A stretch of 64,000 nucleotides of DNA from an uncultured virus (IMG/VR IMGVR_UViG_2626542208_000008) (IMGVR_UViG_2626542208_000008), one strand, 5' to 3'; shown: positions 28,598 through 37,711, counted from the first letter of the stretch. A program made the numbers and translations. Notes: a model not told the origin generated them from the sequence alone.

Positions 28598-29161
28598 ATG
28601 CCGACGCTCATGCGCCGTTCCATGCAGTACGCCTTCCCCGAGGCCGCGCTTGAACCAGGCGAGGAGCGCAAACTCTCGGTCGACGTCACGAGCATCTTTC
28701 GTGGGCAGAAGATCACCATGATCGGGTTCATGAAGCCGATCCGCGGTCACTTCAAGATCAAGCGGACGCTACTGCCGAATCTCGACCGCGATGATGTGGT
28801 CGCGTACACCAGGGTCTACAAATATCGACGAGGAGAGAAGATCTGGTTTCGGCCCGGCAAGACGGTGGTCGAGTTCTCTGGTTTCCACAACGGCGTGCGC
28901 GCGTACCTACCGACGAGCGTGATGTACATCCACACAGATCCGCTCGAGTACATCCGCCTCCGTAACGTACACATCGGCGCGCTGCCGCAGATGCCGAGCT
29001 TCGGTGAAGGATGTTCTGCACTGTTTTTTGGATCGGGCGTTCTCGGCAACGGTTTGTGCATGGACACGGCCGAAGATATGTCCGTGTCGCTGCTCCTGAA
29101 GAACGAAGGCGACGTGCAGGTCCGTGTACGGGCGATGATCTTGGGGACAGGGCTCGCGTGA
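28598..29161 (+). CDS. Beta-rich hypothetical protein, possible single jelly-roll fold
   Basis: Alternating beta-strand pattern (LSVDVTSIFRGQKITM, IRLRNVHIG, SVSLLLKNEG, VRVRAMILG); fold is inference. Confidence 0.55.
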   Translation: MPTLMRRSMQYAFPEAALEPGEERKLSVDVTSIFRGQKITMIGFMKPIRGHFKIKRTLLPNLDRDDVVAYTRVYKYRRGEKIWFRPGKTVVEFSGFHNGVRAYLPTSVMYIHTDPLEYIRLRNVHIGALPQMPSFGEGCSALFFGSGVLGNGLCMDTAEDMSVSLLLKNEGDVQVRVRAMILGTGLA

Positions 29162-30105
29162 CGAAGCGCCCCTCACAAACCGCCCTCGCCCCCATCTCCA
29201 AGACGACCCCAGCACTCCGCACCCCGGCGAACGTCTACCTAGAGGGCCTCGCCGAGACGTCCAAGCCCGCCATGCGCGGGTGCCTGAAGAGGATCGCGCG
29301 CCTGGTCAACCCCGAGGCCGTGGTGAGCTACCTCGAGCTGCCCTGGCACACCCTGCGCTTCGAAGAGGTCCGCATTCTCAGACGGAAGATCATCGAGGCA
29401 TATCCGAAGCCGGGGTACGCGAACGTGCACCTGGCGGCGCTGAGGGGAGTGCTCAAAGTAGCGTGGGAGATGGACCTGCTCGACAACTTCCCGAAGCTGG
29501 CGATGCAGCTCAAACGACTCGGCGGAATGCCCCTTCATTCAGGACAACAAGTTGCAGAAGACGATGTGCATAAGATGTTCGCCGTTGCCGAACCGCGGGA
29601 TGCTGCACTCATCGCAGTGATGCACGGCGCCGGGCTCCGTCGCGTCGAGATCTCGCGCCTCGTCAGAAAAAATTACGATGGTGAGATTTTGACTGCATTT
29701 GGGAAAAAGCACAGCCAAAAGCGTATTCCTTTACTCGATATGGATCGCCCAGTTCTCGATCGATGGTGCAAGATGTTGCCGAAAAATCCGGACGGTCCCT
29801 TGATACCGCGCCTTCGGGGCGGGAAGCCTACCAAAGAAGCGCTCACCGTCACCGCGATGAATTTGATCCTCGAGGACATCCAACGACGAGCCGGCGTTCC
29901 TCAACGATCACCTCACGATTTCCGGCGATCATTTGCCACCGCATTGTTCGACGCCGGCGTAGATATTTCCGTAGTGCGCGAACTTATGGGCCATGTCTCG
30001 ATCGCGACCACTGCGATCTACGACCTCCGCGGAGAGCGCGCAAAGATCGAAGGGATGGCGAAGCTCAATAAATTCTTGCAGACACACAAAGGAGAAAAGC
30101 CATGA
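29158..30105 (+). CDS. Tyrosine recombinase/integrase
   Basis: GLRRVE (R), GKK (K), HDFRR (HxxR), MGH, TTAIYD (Y); N-terminal core-binding domain. Confidence 0.93.
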   Translation: MTKRPSQTALAPISKTTPALRTPANVYLEGLAETSKPAMRGCLKRIARLVNPEAVVSYLELPWHTLRFEEVRILRRKIIEAYPKPGYANVHLAALRGVLKVAWEMDLLDNFPKLAMQLKRLGGMPLHSGQQVAEDDVHKMFAVAEPRDAALIAVMHGAGLRRVEISRLVRKNYDGEILTAFGKKHSQKRIPLLDMDRPVLDRWCKMLPKNPDGPLIPRLRGGKPTKEALTVTAMNLILEDIQRRAGVPQRSPHDFRRSFATALFDAGVDISVVRELMGHVSIATTAIYDLRGERAKIEGMAKLNKFLQTHKGEKP

Positions 30106-30281
30106 CTATAAAACGACTCCGTCACCACGACCGTCACGGTACACCACTCTGCGGAATATCTCCTGAGGGCACCATGGTGGTCGAAGAAATGCACCACATC
30201 ACGTGTGAAATTTGTCGACGCCTGCAGAGAGGAAAGCTCATCGCTGAGAAAGCGAAAATGATCCGAAAAACGGTACATTAA
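30102..30281 (+). CDS. Small Zn-finger-like protein (59 aa, below ORF-track cutoff)
   Basis: AAAGGAGA RBS, ATGA coupling; H...LCG...ITCEIC. Confidence 0.65.
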   Translation: MTIKRLRHHDRHGTPLCGISPEGTMVVEEMHHITCEICRRLQRGKLIAEKAKMIRKTVH

Positions 30282-30656
30282 ATGAAGTCTATCGTCCTAC
30301 TAGTTGACGATGATCGCGAATCCCAAATCGCAGTAAGAGAATGTCTCAATCTCTACGGCTTCGCGGTCTCGATCGCAGACAACGGAAGAGAAGCACTTAA
30401 TTGGCTGGAGTGCTTTACCCCCGACGTGATCTTGCTTGATCTACGAATGCCGGTTATGTCGGGGGAAGAGTTTCTTCTCGCCTACAAGGGCAACGCGCCA
30501 GTCATCGTCACGAGCGCGTGCTCTGACCCAGAACTGCCAAAGCCAGTCGCTGCGGTAGTACTCAAACCATTCTTTATGAGCGAAATGGATAAAATAATCC
30601 GAGCAGTGATCGGAAAAGAAAAACCTTGCGAGGCCGTGCCGTGGTCTCGAAACTGA
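30282..30656 (+). CDS. Single-domain response regulator (CheY-like receiver)
   Basis: VLLVDDD, ILLDLRMPVMSG (phospho-Asp), TSA, KPF. Confidence 0.92.
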   Translation: MKSIVLLVDDDRESQIAVRECLNLYGFAVSIADNGREALNWLECFTPDVILLDLRMPVMSGEEFLLAYKGNAPVIVTSACSDPELPKPVAAVVLKPFFMSEMDKIIRAVIGKEKPCEAVPWSRN

Positions 30657-30681
30657 GGCAGTCAGAGAGACCGGCACTTTT
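30636..30681 (+). terminator. Hairpin + T-tract at the convergence of the + and - blocks
   Basis: gtgcc-gt-ggtctc...gagacc-ggcac followed by tttt. Confidence 0.5.
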
Positions 30682-30748
30682 CACCGCCGCAAGGCGAACG
30701 AGGAAGTGATGAGCGAATCACGGTGCAAGTGCGTACGTCTGGCCAAGC

Positions 30749-31825
30749 TTAAATAATTGCCAAGTAACCCGTCTTTGCTTGATCGTTCCCCGCAGCGTTT
30801 ATGTGTGTACCGTCGACAGAAAAAGAAACGTCAAGCACATTTACATCAGCATTTGATGCCAAACCGCCGCCAGCCAAAGTTGCAGCAGCGTTGTATACTC
30901 CAGTAAAATTAGGATTAGCAAGAGTTGAAGTATTGTAAGTTGCACGCGCCGCATCAGTTCCAGGAAAACTAGTTTGTGGTGGCACTGTCCAACCATAAAC
31001 ACGTCTAATGCCAATCGATTTTGCATAAGTAATAATTGTACCCAGATGCGTTGTCATAGTCGCAGCGTTATTATAAGAAAGATCATTTGTACCGAGCTGA
31101 ATTACTAGATCAGCACCTCCGGCTATATCTGAAACATAATCCCAAAGAAAAGGATAAGTCACACGATCAGCAAAATTAACCAATGACCCAAATTCGACAA
31201 CTCCTACTATACAAACAGCAAAATCCTGTCCAGACGCGATCTCTTGCCAACAAGAAACAGAAAAACCGGCAAGATACCCTAACCCGATAGAATCAGTAAG
31301 GACGATAATCCGTCGCTTAGCCGTCATAAACTCCCAAGTATGCCAATAATTAGGATTAGGATTGACACCACTAGAAAGAGCAGGAGGGGGATCTACGACT
31401 GATGCCGCTGCTTGAAAAGCACCTAGCTCTGTATTTGGTGAACGTGCAAACACTGGATCTGGAAACGAATGAAGTGCAACAATCTTACCGTCACTTCCAC
31501 GAGTCACAGGAAATGCACCAAGATTACCTAGTGTCCCGTCTCCTGGAATAGAAAACGCAGACACAGTTCGCAACGACGATCCCGAAGGTTTTTCGGAACC
31601 ATCAGAAGCATATAAAGCAATATCTGTACTAATAGCAGAACCGGTCCCGGCATCATATTTGCGATTACCGATCAGCATTCTATTTAGTGAAACTACATCA
31701 GAAGGAACATAAATAGGAATAGAATAAACTCTAGTAACGCCCACGGGTCCCGCTTGACCGTTTGGGATCGGTGACATAATACGAAAGAAATTTCTTCGAA
31801 AATGAGATGTAGGAGCAGTGAACAT
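30749..31825 (-). CDS. Beta-rich protein with C-terminal SGNH/GDSL hydrolase domain (spike/esterase)
   Basis: VLTDSIG, QLGTNDL, DGTH blocks; AT-rich DNA. Confidence 0.82.
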   Translation of the reverse strand: MFTAPTSHFRRNFFRIMSPIPNGQAGPVGVTRVYSIPIYVPSDVVSLNRMLIGNRKYDAGTGSAISTDIALYASDGSEKPSGSSLRTVSAFSIPGDGTLGNLGAFPVTRGSDGKIVALHSFPDPVFARSPNTELGAFQAAASVVDPPPALSSGVNPNPNYWHTWEFMTAKRRIIVLTDSIGLGYLAGFSVSCWQEIASGQDFAVCIVGVVEFGSLVNFADRVTYPFLWDYVSDIAGGADLVIQLGTNDLSYNNAATMTTHLGTIITYAKSIGIRRVYGWTVPPQTSFPGTDAARATYNTSTLANPNFTGVYNAAATLAGGGLASNADVNVLDVSFSVDGTHINAAGNDQAKTGYLAII

Positions 31826-32532
31826 TATGCAAATGCCTGAGTAATGACCGCGCGTAATTTCAACCCGTCATAAGTAGCAGTAATCAAATCAATCGCTCCT
31901 GCTGCCGTTGACAACGTCGGTACAGTACCACCGGGCCAAGTAAAATCCGTTCCATAAGCAAGCGTTCGTGACCCCGTCGCATCTTGGGTCACGATCCATT
32001 GATATGTGCCTCCCGAGACAAGGTTAGAGGGATTTGCTAATGTCCGATTATCGGCAAGTGTAACTGTAAAAACATTACCTAAACTAGCATCAGTAGCAAT
32101 ACTCGCTGCATCCGTTAACGCAACAGATGCTACATTTTGCGAAGCAGTCCATGTATTGGCAGTACTTAATGATGTTGAAGTTCCACTAACCCGTATCCAT
32201 CCAGTAACGCCATTTCCGACAAACTTAGCAGATTCATTACTACTAAGAGTTATCGTACCTCCTACGCCATCTATTGTATCTGAGCCTGCCGGTTGTACGG
32301 TTACATTATTAGCGCCAGTAGAGATATTGGTAATTTCCACACTGCCGCCGGCCTCAACATTAGAAACTCCAGGAAGATTAATCGTAAACGCGCCGCCAGA
32401 AGGATCAGCGCGCACAAAATCTCCAGCAACAGCCGTATATGCCGCAGTTTTCACTGCTGTTAAACGAACAGCTCCGATTGCGGCTTCGAAATATATTGGA
32501 TTTGACTTAGAAGAAAATCCAACGACTGGCAT
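31825..32532 (-). CDS. Fibre/spike-type receptor-binding protein
   Basis: KTAAYTA...DPSGGAFTINLP and TVTL...TLANP...TQDATGSRTL...WPGGTVPTLST motifs typical of phage fibres. Confidence 0.75.
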   Translation of the reverse strand: MPVVGFSSKSNPIYFEAAIGAVRLTAVKTAAYTAVAGDFVRADPSGGAFTINLPGVSNVEAGGSVEITNISTGANNVTVQPAGSDTIDGVGGTITLSSNESAKFVGNGVTGWIRVSGTSTSLSTANTWTASQNVASVALTDAASIATDASLGNVFTVTLADNRTLANPSNLVSGGTYQWIVTQDATGSRTLAYGTDFTWPGGTVPTLSTAAGAIDLITATYDGLKLRAVITQAFA

Positions 32533-32546
32533 TTTTAGATCCTTTT

Positions 32547-33233
32547 TTACCGATTGGTCAAATAAAAATTCACTCGCTGTTCTCCAATCTCTACTCGCTC
32601 CCCCACCATACGTCCTGTATCATACGCACGTTGACGCAGACGTTCAAGAACTCCTTGGACATCGACAATTTCCTCATCGAGCTGCTCCGCCAAAGCTTCT
32701 GCGGCCTCGAGCGCTTCTGCAACTGCTTGCGGTACGCCTTGGCCGTCCGAATACACCCCCTTCGGAATCCGAGCAGGGATGTTCAAGAGACGCTCCATGA
32801 GCGCACCAAGAAAGCCGAACCAGAAACAACTTCGCCAAACCGCACGCGCCGCCGCGGGGGGGTTGCCGGTGGAAGACATCTCGCCGCGAAACTCACCTTC
32901 TCGAAGAAGCGCGCGGTAAAGGTCGCGCGCCATCTTTACATCTCTTTTTCGCCCACGAAGAGCAATTACTCGTCGTTTGTTAGTAACCATTAAACAATCT
33001 TTGGCCCTGGCGACCAAACGCGCTAGATCTTCACGATAATGGTTGGGCTGCTCTTCGACGATCACGACGACGTCTTCGGCTACGTCCTCGTTGGTGAACC
33101 CATGCTGAGACATGAGCGCCTGAGCACGAACTTTAGCGGCCTCGGCCTCGTGGGGATTTGAAGACCGCGCAAGTCGAAGGAGCTTTCGGACGCGCTCGAG
33201 CGCGGACTTTTCAGAAGACATCACAACAGTCAA
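32547..33233 (-). CDS. DUF2786-type protein
   Basis: RVRKLLRLARSSNPHEAEAAKVRAQALMSQH. Confidence 0.75.
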   Translation of the reverse strand: MTVVMSSEKSALERVRKLLRLARSSNPHEAEAAKVRAQALMSQHGFTNEDVAEDVVVIVEEQPNHYREDLARLVARAKDCLMVTNKRRVIALRGRKRDVKMARDLYRALLREGEFRGEMSSTGNPPAAARAVWRSCFWFGFLGALMERLLNIPARIPKGVYSDGQGVPQAVAEALEAAEALAEQLDEEIVDVQGVLERLRQRAYDTGRMVGERVEIGEQRVNFYLTNR

Positions 33234-33254
33234 TGGTCGCCTATGACCTAGGGC

Positions 33255-33548
33255 TTGACAAGTACCTCGTTCTTACGCTTACTGCTCTCTGTGAACGCTC
33301 TTCCCTCTGCCAGATACACCGCTCTCCGCACGTATTTTCTTGAAGTTACACGCGATTTAATTACCAGAGGCGTGATCCGCTACAAGACCGGTCAATCCCT
33401 CGAGACTATCCTCCGCAAAGAATTCGAGCTGGTCTTGAAGGAAGTGAGCGCGGACTTTTTGTCGGTCGGCAAAGACATGGGGATGGGGATCGCGACCGGG
33501 TTTGGTAGCTTAATAGGAAGCTTCATTCGTGGCGCGGTAGGGAAGTAA
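33255..33548 (+). CDS. Hypothetical protein
   Basis: Fills gap between - strand genes; start uncertain. Confidence 0.4.
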   Translation: MTSTSFLRLLLSVNALPSARYTALRTYFLEVTRDLITRGVIRYKTGQSLETILRKEFELVLKEVSADFLSVGKDMGMGIATGFGSLIGSFIRGAVGK

Positions 33549-33551
33549 GCT

Positions 33552-33716
33552 TCACCGCAAACTCGCACAAGCTCGTTCACGGTCCCGCCATTGTTTTTGT
33601 GTCATACCTGTTCTCGCATGTGGCTTTCTATATCTTTCACAACCGTATGGACAAGCTCCATTCACAAACGTCTCGCCGCACGCACACCGTCGACGATACG
33701 GTCGGCGTGATTTCAT
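33552..33716 (-). CDS. Small basic Cys-containing protein
   Basis: ATGA coupling to upstream gene; CACG...CPYGC. Confidence 0.5.
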   Translation of the reverse strand: MKSRRPYRRRCACGETFVNGACPYGCERYRKPHARTGMTQKQWRDRERACASLR

Positions 33717-34456
33717 TTTGTTTCTCCAGAGACCGCGTCCGATTCCGTCACGGGTCGCGCGTATCTTGACAACACGTAACGCGCGCAGTAGTCCAACACG
33801 CTCGTGCACCGAGGAATTTCCGTGTTCGACGTCGCGCCCGCAGGCTCGAATTGTGTCCCGACAAACTTACGAAAAAACGAATCAGCAGGCGCTCCATGCT
33901 GGAGAGCAACGCTTGCAGCGATAGCGAATTGATCTAGGACCGCATGGAAATCGCCTTGTTTTCCGACCTTGATGAAGATCTCCGCAAGGGTCCCGTCATC
34001 GTACTCGCCAGTCTGAATGTATCCGTCGATCTTCTGGACTTCGCCGACCTCGCCGTTGCGTGACGATGGCGCGTAGATCTCGAAGTGGTGCGTGAGACCT
34101 CGACGCTCATCCTCCGGTCGCCTCCTCATAGACTTCTCCTTGGCGATCGCCACAACCGCTTTCGCCAGGCGCACAAGCGCATTTATTTCATCATGATAAC
34201 CAACATGGGTCTCGAAGCGCGCCACAACGCGCCGACAAGCCGCGAGTACCGAAGTGTGATCCATATCGAACAAAAGCCCGATCTCGGAGTAACTCAATCC
34301 GAACTGTCGTAGCACATACATTGCTTCCGCACGACGAAGTGAAAGCGGCGCTGTTCGGGCTTGCGTAAAAAGACTCTCGTCGAACCCGTGCTGAATCGCG
34401 AAGTGTTGTGAGAGTGCGTCGATGACATCGCGAGCGGTTTTGGAAGAAAGGCTCAT
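33713..34456 (-). CDS. DnaA C-terminal HTH-like domain fused to class II ribonucleotide reductase C-terminal (TSCPD-type) domain
   Basis: RAEAMYVLR...SYSEIGLLFDMDHTSVLAA; GEYDDG..AEIFI...SVALQHGAP...FEPAG...CTSVLDY. Confidence 0.8.
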   Translation of the reverse strand: MSLSSKTARDVIDALSQHFAIQHGFDESLFTQARTAPLSLRRAEAMYVLRQFGLSYSEIGLLFDMDHTSVLAACRRVVARFETHVGYHDEINALVRLAKAVVAIAKEKSMRRRPEDERRGLTHHFEIYAPSSRNGEVGEVQKIDGYIQTGEYDDGTLAEIFIKVGKQGDFHAVLDQFAIAASVALQHGAPADSFFRKFVGTQFEPAGATSNTEIPRCTSVLDYCARYVLSRYARPVTESDAVSGETK

Positions 34457-34511
34457 GACTTGACGTGCCGGTCACAGCGAAGCCGTCCGTCATCACGATA
34501 GATCGCCGGAT

Positions 34512-35006
34512 TCATACACCCAGGGCATGGGCAGACATATACGTTTTTTTTTTTTTTGCATTCTCAACACTTTCATCATCTTTTGGCTCTCCAAATGCAT
34601 CGAACAGCTCGCCCATCGTCGTAATGATCTCGGCCTCGCGATACATCAACTCGGGCGCGATGACGTCGAATTGAACTACAGCGCCACGCTTACCCTGGCC
34701 CATAGCGTAGCCGAACTCCCATGACGCGGACCGCCCAGACGGGAGGACGAGCACGCAAGCGTCGCACGCCTTCAGCGCGCCGATGTCGTAGGCATAGCCA
34801 TCGACGGCGATCGGATGTTGCAATGCGGCGCGGTACGCCTTCGCGTCCCACTGCTCCCATGCAGGATCGATCGATGACCAAGCAAATCCAGTGTTGCCGG
34901 GCGCGGGATGCCGGAAGTCGTAGACCTCGTGACCGCATCGCCGTAGCGCATGTACGATTCCGGGCTGCAACAGGTTGCGCCAACTCGATGCGACGTAGAT
35001 TTTCAT
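34512..35006 (-). CDS. Nucleoside 2-deoxyribosyltransferase-like protein
   Basis: IYVASSWRN, GHEVYDF, CDACVLVLPSGRSASWEFGYAMG. Confidence 0.75.
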   Translation of the reverse strand: MKIYVASSWRNLLQPGIVHALRRCGHEVYDFRHPAPGNTGFAWSSIDPAWEQWDAKAYRAALQHPIAVDGYAYDIGALKACDACVLVLPSGRSASWEFGYAMGQGKRGAVVQFDVIAPELMYREAEIITTMGELFDAFGEPKDDESVENAKKKKTYMSAHALGV

Positions 35007-35019
35007 GTCTTCTCCCCCT

Positions 35020-35538
35020 TTACTCACGAGCGTACGCTTTCTTGGGCGCCAAACGACCTAAGTACGCCAACCCTACGCCGATCCCATCCCAGACGTTGTG
35101 CTCAAGTGACTTCGCAGGCAACTCCACCCTCACGTACTCCTCGGGCGTCAACCGACTCTTAATCCGCTCGATCATGACGTCAGCGTCTGTGTTGCCCTTC
35201 CACTCGCGAGGCAGGTAGTACGTCAACTCAGCATTGGGGAACAAGGCCGCGAACGCGCCGTCAATCGCTGCCAACGGAAAGAGTGCATTGGTGTTGCCTG
35301 TGGAAGCTCGGCCACCGTAGCTGGTGGGAAACTCGAGGACGAGATGATCCGGGATCATCCATACCCAATTCGATACTGCTTCCGCTACCTGTGCGCACTC
35401 CCGAGGCCCTGAGCCTGCCTTCGCGTAGTTCTTCACGTACGCGGCGGCGGCGAGTTGCCCGTCACAAAAGAATGCACAGCCACATCCGCGCACGCCGGGA
35501 TCAACCGAGAGTAAAACGATGTGCTCCGTTTCGATCAC
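35020..35538 (-). CDS. RuvC-like Holliday junction resolvase
   Basis: LSVDPG..GCG, LVLEFP, PREWKG, HNVWDGIGVG. Confidence 0.82.
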   Translation of the reverse strand: MIETEHIVLLSVDPGVRGCGCAFFCDGQLAAAAYVKNYAKAGSGPRECAQVAEAVSNWVWMIPDHLVLEFPTSYGGRASTGNTNALFPLAAIDGAFAALFPNAELTYYLPREWKGNTDADVMIERIKSRLTPEEYVRVELPAKSLEHNVWDGIGVGLAYLGRLAPKKAYARE

Positions 35539-35810
35539 TTGAACACCTCCCCGCACGTTGCACAGCGCCCGTCCTCGCCTGTGAAGTGAGGACCCCCGCC
35601 CTCGACACAAAAGCGAGGGAACGGCGAGGGTCTTACCGTTCCACACGAAACGCAACGGCCGTTCTCCCCGTACCAATGCCCGGCCAGTCCGCAAAAGGGC
35701 TCACACTGGTGCGCTTTCAAAACAGATTTATTACATACAGAACATCGAGTCCAGCATCCGCAACTTACTAGCTGACCCTTACAGTTCGCACATACGAACC
35801 CTATTCTCAT
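35535..35810 (-). CDS. Cys-rich multi-Zn-ribbon protein
   Basis: Several CxxC pairs; GRCxxCG twice. Confidence 0.6.
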   Translation of the reverse strand: MRIGFVCANCKGQLVSCGCWTRCSVCNKSVLKAHQCEPFCGLAGHWYGENGRCVSCGTVRPSPFPRFCVEGGGPHFTGEDGRCATCGEVFK

Positions 35811-36277
35811 TCCCGATGAACCCCGCAAGCCAGACACTGTCCGGCCGACGAAAAGATATGTCGATCACAACGCGTTGCGCGAATCGCATCGGAGAGCTTT
35901 ACGCGATCGCGACGACCACGAAAAGCCTGTACCGATCGCGACGCATTGCCGTAAACAAAATCGTCGAAGATCGCATCGATGCCATCGGCGGCGCCGTGAC
36001 CGCTATCAGGATTAATCTCTTTTTTCACGGACAAGTCCTCCGACATTGATCTAAGATCGACACACACTTCGACGCTAAAGACAGAGCGCGTTCCCACTCG
36101 CGCACCGCCTCATCGAGATGCCCGGTTTTTGTCATCGCTGTGGGTCGTCGTTCGCAGACGAGCAACTTCTCCTCGGCTTCGTTCCGCTCGTAGATAAGAC
36201 AAAACATGACGACACTAAAAACAATCATGATCACGGGAATAACAAGAGACTGTCTCACTAGAAGTTCACCTCGCCAC

Positions 36278-36541
36278 TCACTTCCGCGACTTCTTCGGCG
36301 CCGGGGGGCGCTTGGACACGGATGCGGTCGGACCGTACTTCGCGGCCAGAGCAGCGAGTCCCTCGATATCAAGCGCCACCCGACTACGAAACTTCTTGAG
36401 CGGCACACCCTTCTGCCGAAACATCCCGGCACGGTTCTTGACATAGGTCTCTTTCACGCCAAGATCTTTGGCGATCTCCATGATCGAATCACCTTCCTGC
36501 CACGTCTTAATAAATGTCTCTGCATCCACCTTCTCACGCAT
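36278..36541 (-). CDS. HTH DNA-binding protein with basic tail
   Basis: AGGAGA RBS; FIKTWQEGDSIMEIAKDLGVKETYVKNRA. Confidence 0.7.
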   Translation of the reverse strand: MREKVDAETFIKTWQEGDSIMEIAKDLGVKETYVKNRAGMFRQKGVPLKKFRSRVALDIEGLAALAAKYGPTASVSKRPPAPKKSRK

Positions 36542-36563
36542 TTTTTCTCCTCGTTTTAAAAAA

Positions 36564-36625
36564 CGGTTGTCGTCCAAGTCGTACATCCCGCACCCAGCAG
36601 GTTTTTTAGACTTGGACGACAACCG
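36564..36625. repeat. Perfect 17-bp inverted repeat with 28-nt spacer
   Basis: cggttgtcgtccaagtc (36564-36580) / gacttggacgacaaccg (36609-36625). Confidence 0.92.
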
Positions 36626-36905
36626 CAATAACTCAGTTATACAGGAGGAGTCAACACTTCTCTCTCACTTCCGTCGTGCAGACTTCTTCCGTCGACGAAA
36701 CTGGTACTTCTTCGGCACCGTATACCCGCAGATCGAAATTAGGCGGATCTCGTGATACTTGCCAATCCAGCCGTCAAGTAAGTTGAGAATCTCAATCAGT
36801 GCGATTTCCTTCTTAGGCACGATCATCAGCCACACCTTCCAGGTGTTCAGCCACCGCTTGGCGATGGCGGCGAGGTCGAAGCGGGTCTTTGCGACGACGT
36901 TGTTG

Positions 36906-37433
36906 TCAATACGCTCGAGCGAGCTGGAAGTGCATAGGATCTCTTGTTAATCCTTGAAACTTTCCGCCCCACAGAAATCCACAGCGCTCGAACTCTTCGA
37001 TCCATTCATTAGGAATATCGCTGGCAAAGGTGTCTGTAGTGTGCGCCAGGCGCACGAGCGGGTTCTTGTCCGCATTCAGATCAACAGCGATGGCCCAGGA
37101 ATGTGTCGAGAGTTTGGCCGTTGTGCGTGACATGCGCACGTTCCAGCAACCGAGTGTAAGGATCTTGTAGTCAGATCTACGCGCGGTTGCGCCAGTGAGC
37201 GCGGCTCGGAGAGGTTGTTCGATGTATTTGTGAACATAAAGCGGGCGCGATTTACCCTCGAGATCTACAAAGCCAGGGAGGTTCTTTGCGAGGACGAGAT
37301 TATCACGTTCCCAGTGATGCGGGAGGACGACCTGGAGCTTGCCATCGATGCGGGAAACTTTGATGTCTCCGTAGCGGGCACGGACTCCGGTCTCGCCTTC
37401 CGGGACAAGAATACCACCCGATGTAGTGATCAT
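36906..37433 (-). CDS. M15-family peptidase endolysin
   Basis: R...STHSWAIAVDLN (SxHxxxxAxD), WGGKF, DPMHFQ. Confidence 0.9.
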   Translation of the reverse strand: MITTSGGILVPEGETGVRARYGDIKVSRIDGKLQVVLPHHWERDNLVLAKNLPGFVDLEGKSRPLYVHKYIEQPLRAALTGATARRSDYKILTLGCWNVRMSRTTAKLSTHSWAIAVDLNADKNPLVRLAHTTDTFASDIPNEWIEEFERCGFLWGGKFQGLTRDPMHFQLARAY

Positions 37434-37483
37434 AGAGGGGAAGGTAACACGAGTGAAAGCTGTAGGGCGGCGGCTATTCGCGG

Positions 37484-37711
37484 CTATGGTTTCGTGTCTT
37501 CGGCGTTCTTCTTCGCCTCGGCGAGGATACGTCTGGTTTCCGTGTCGCGGGCGGCGATCTCTTCGTGGGCGATCTTCTGTTCCCCACGCATGACTTGGAT
37601 GCCTTCGAGGGTACGCTTTTCGAGAGCGGCTCTTTCATCGGCTCCTGCGTTCCACCACTTATCTAGGAGCGATACGAGAACGTCGACGCCAATCTTCACG
37701 ATTTCGATCAC
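37484..37711 (-). CDS. Small helical protein in lysis cassette
   Basis: GGAGG RBS; overlaps upstream stop. Confidence 0.65.
   Translation of the reverse strand: MIEIVKIGVDVLVSLLDKWWNAGADERAALEKRTLEGIQVMRGEQKIAHEEIAARDTETRRILAEAKKNAEDTKP

Noticed and set aside
31825..32532. Fibre-like gene as proof of a tailed phage
   Set aside because: Such receptor-binding domains are exchanged widely and also occur in vertex spikes; no other tail genes seen
34130..34456. Chromosomal initiator dnaA
   Set aside because: Only the C-terminal HTH-like domain is present, with no AAA+ domain
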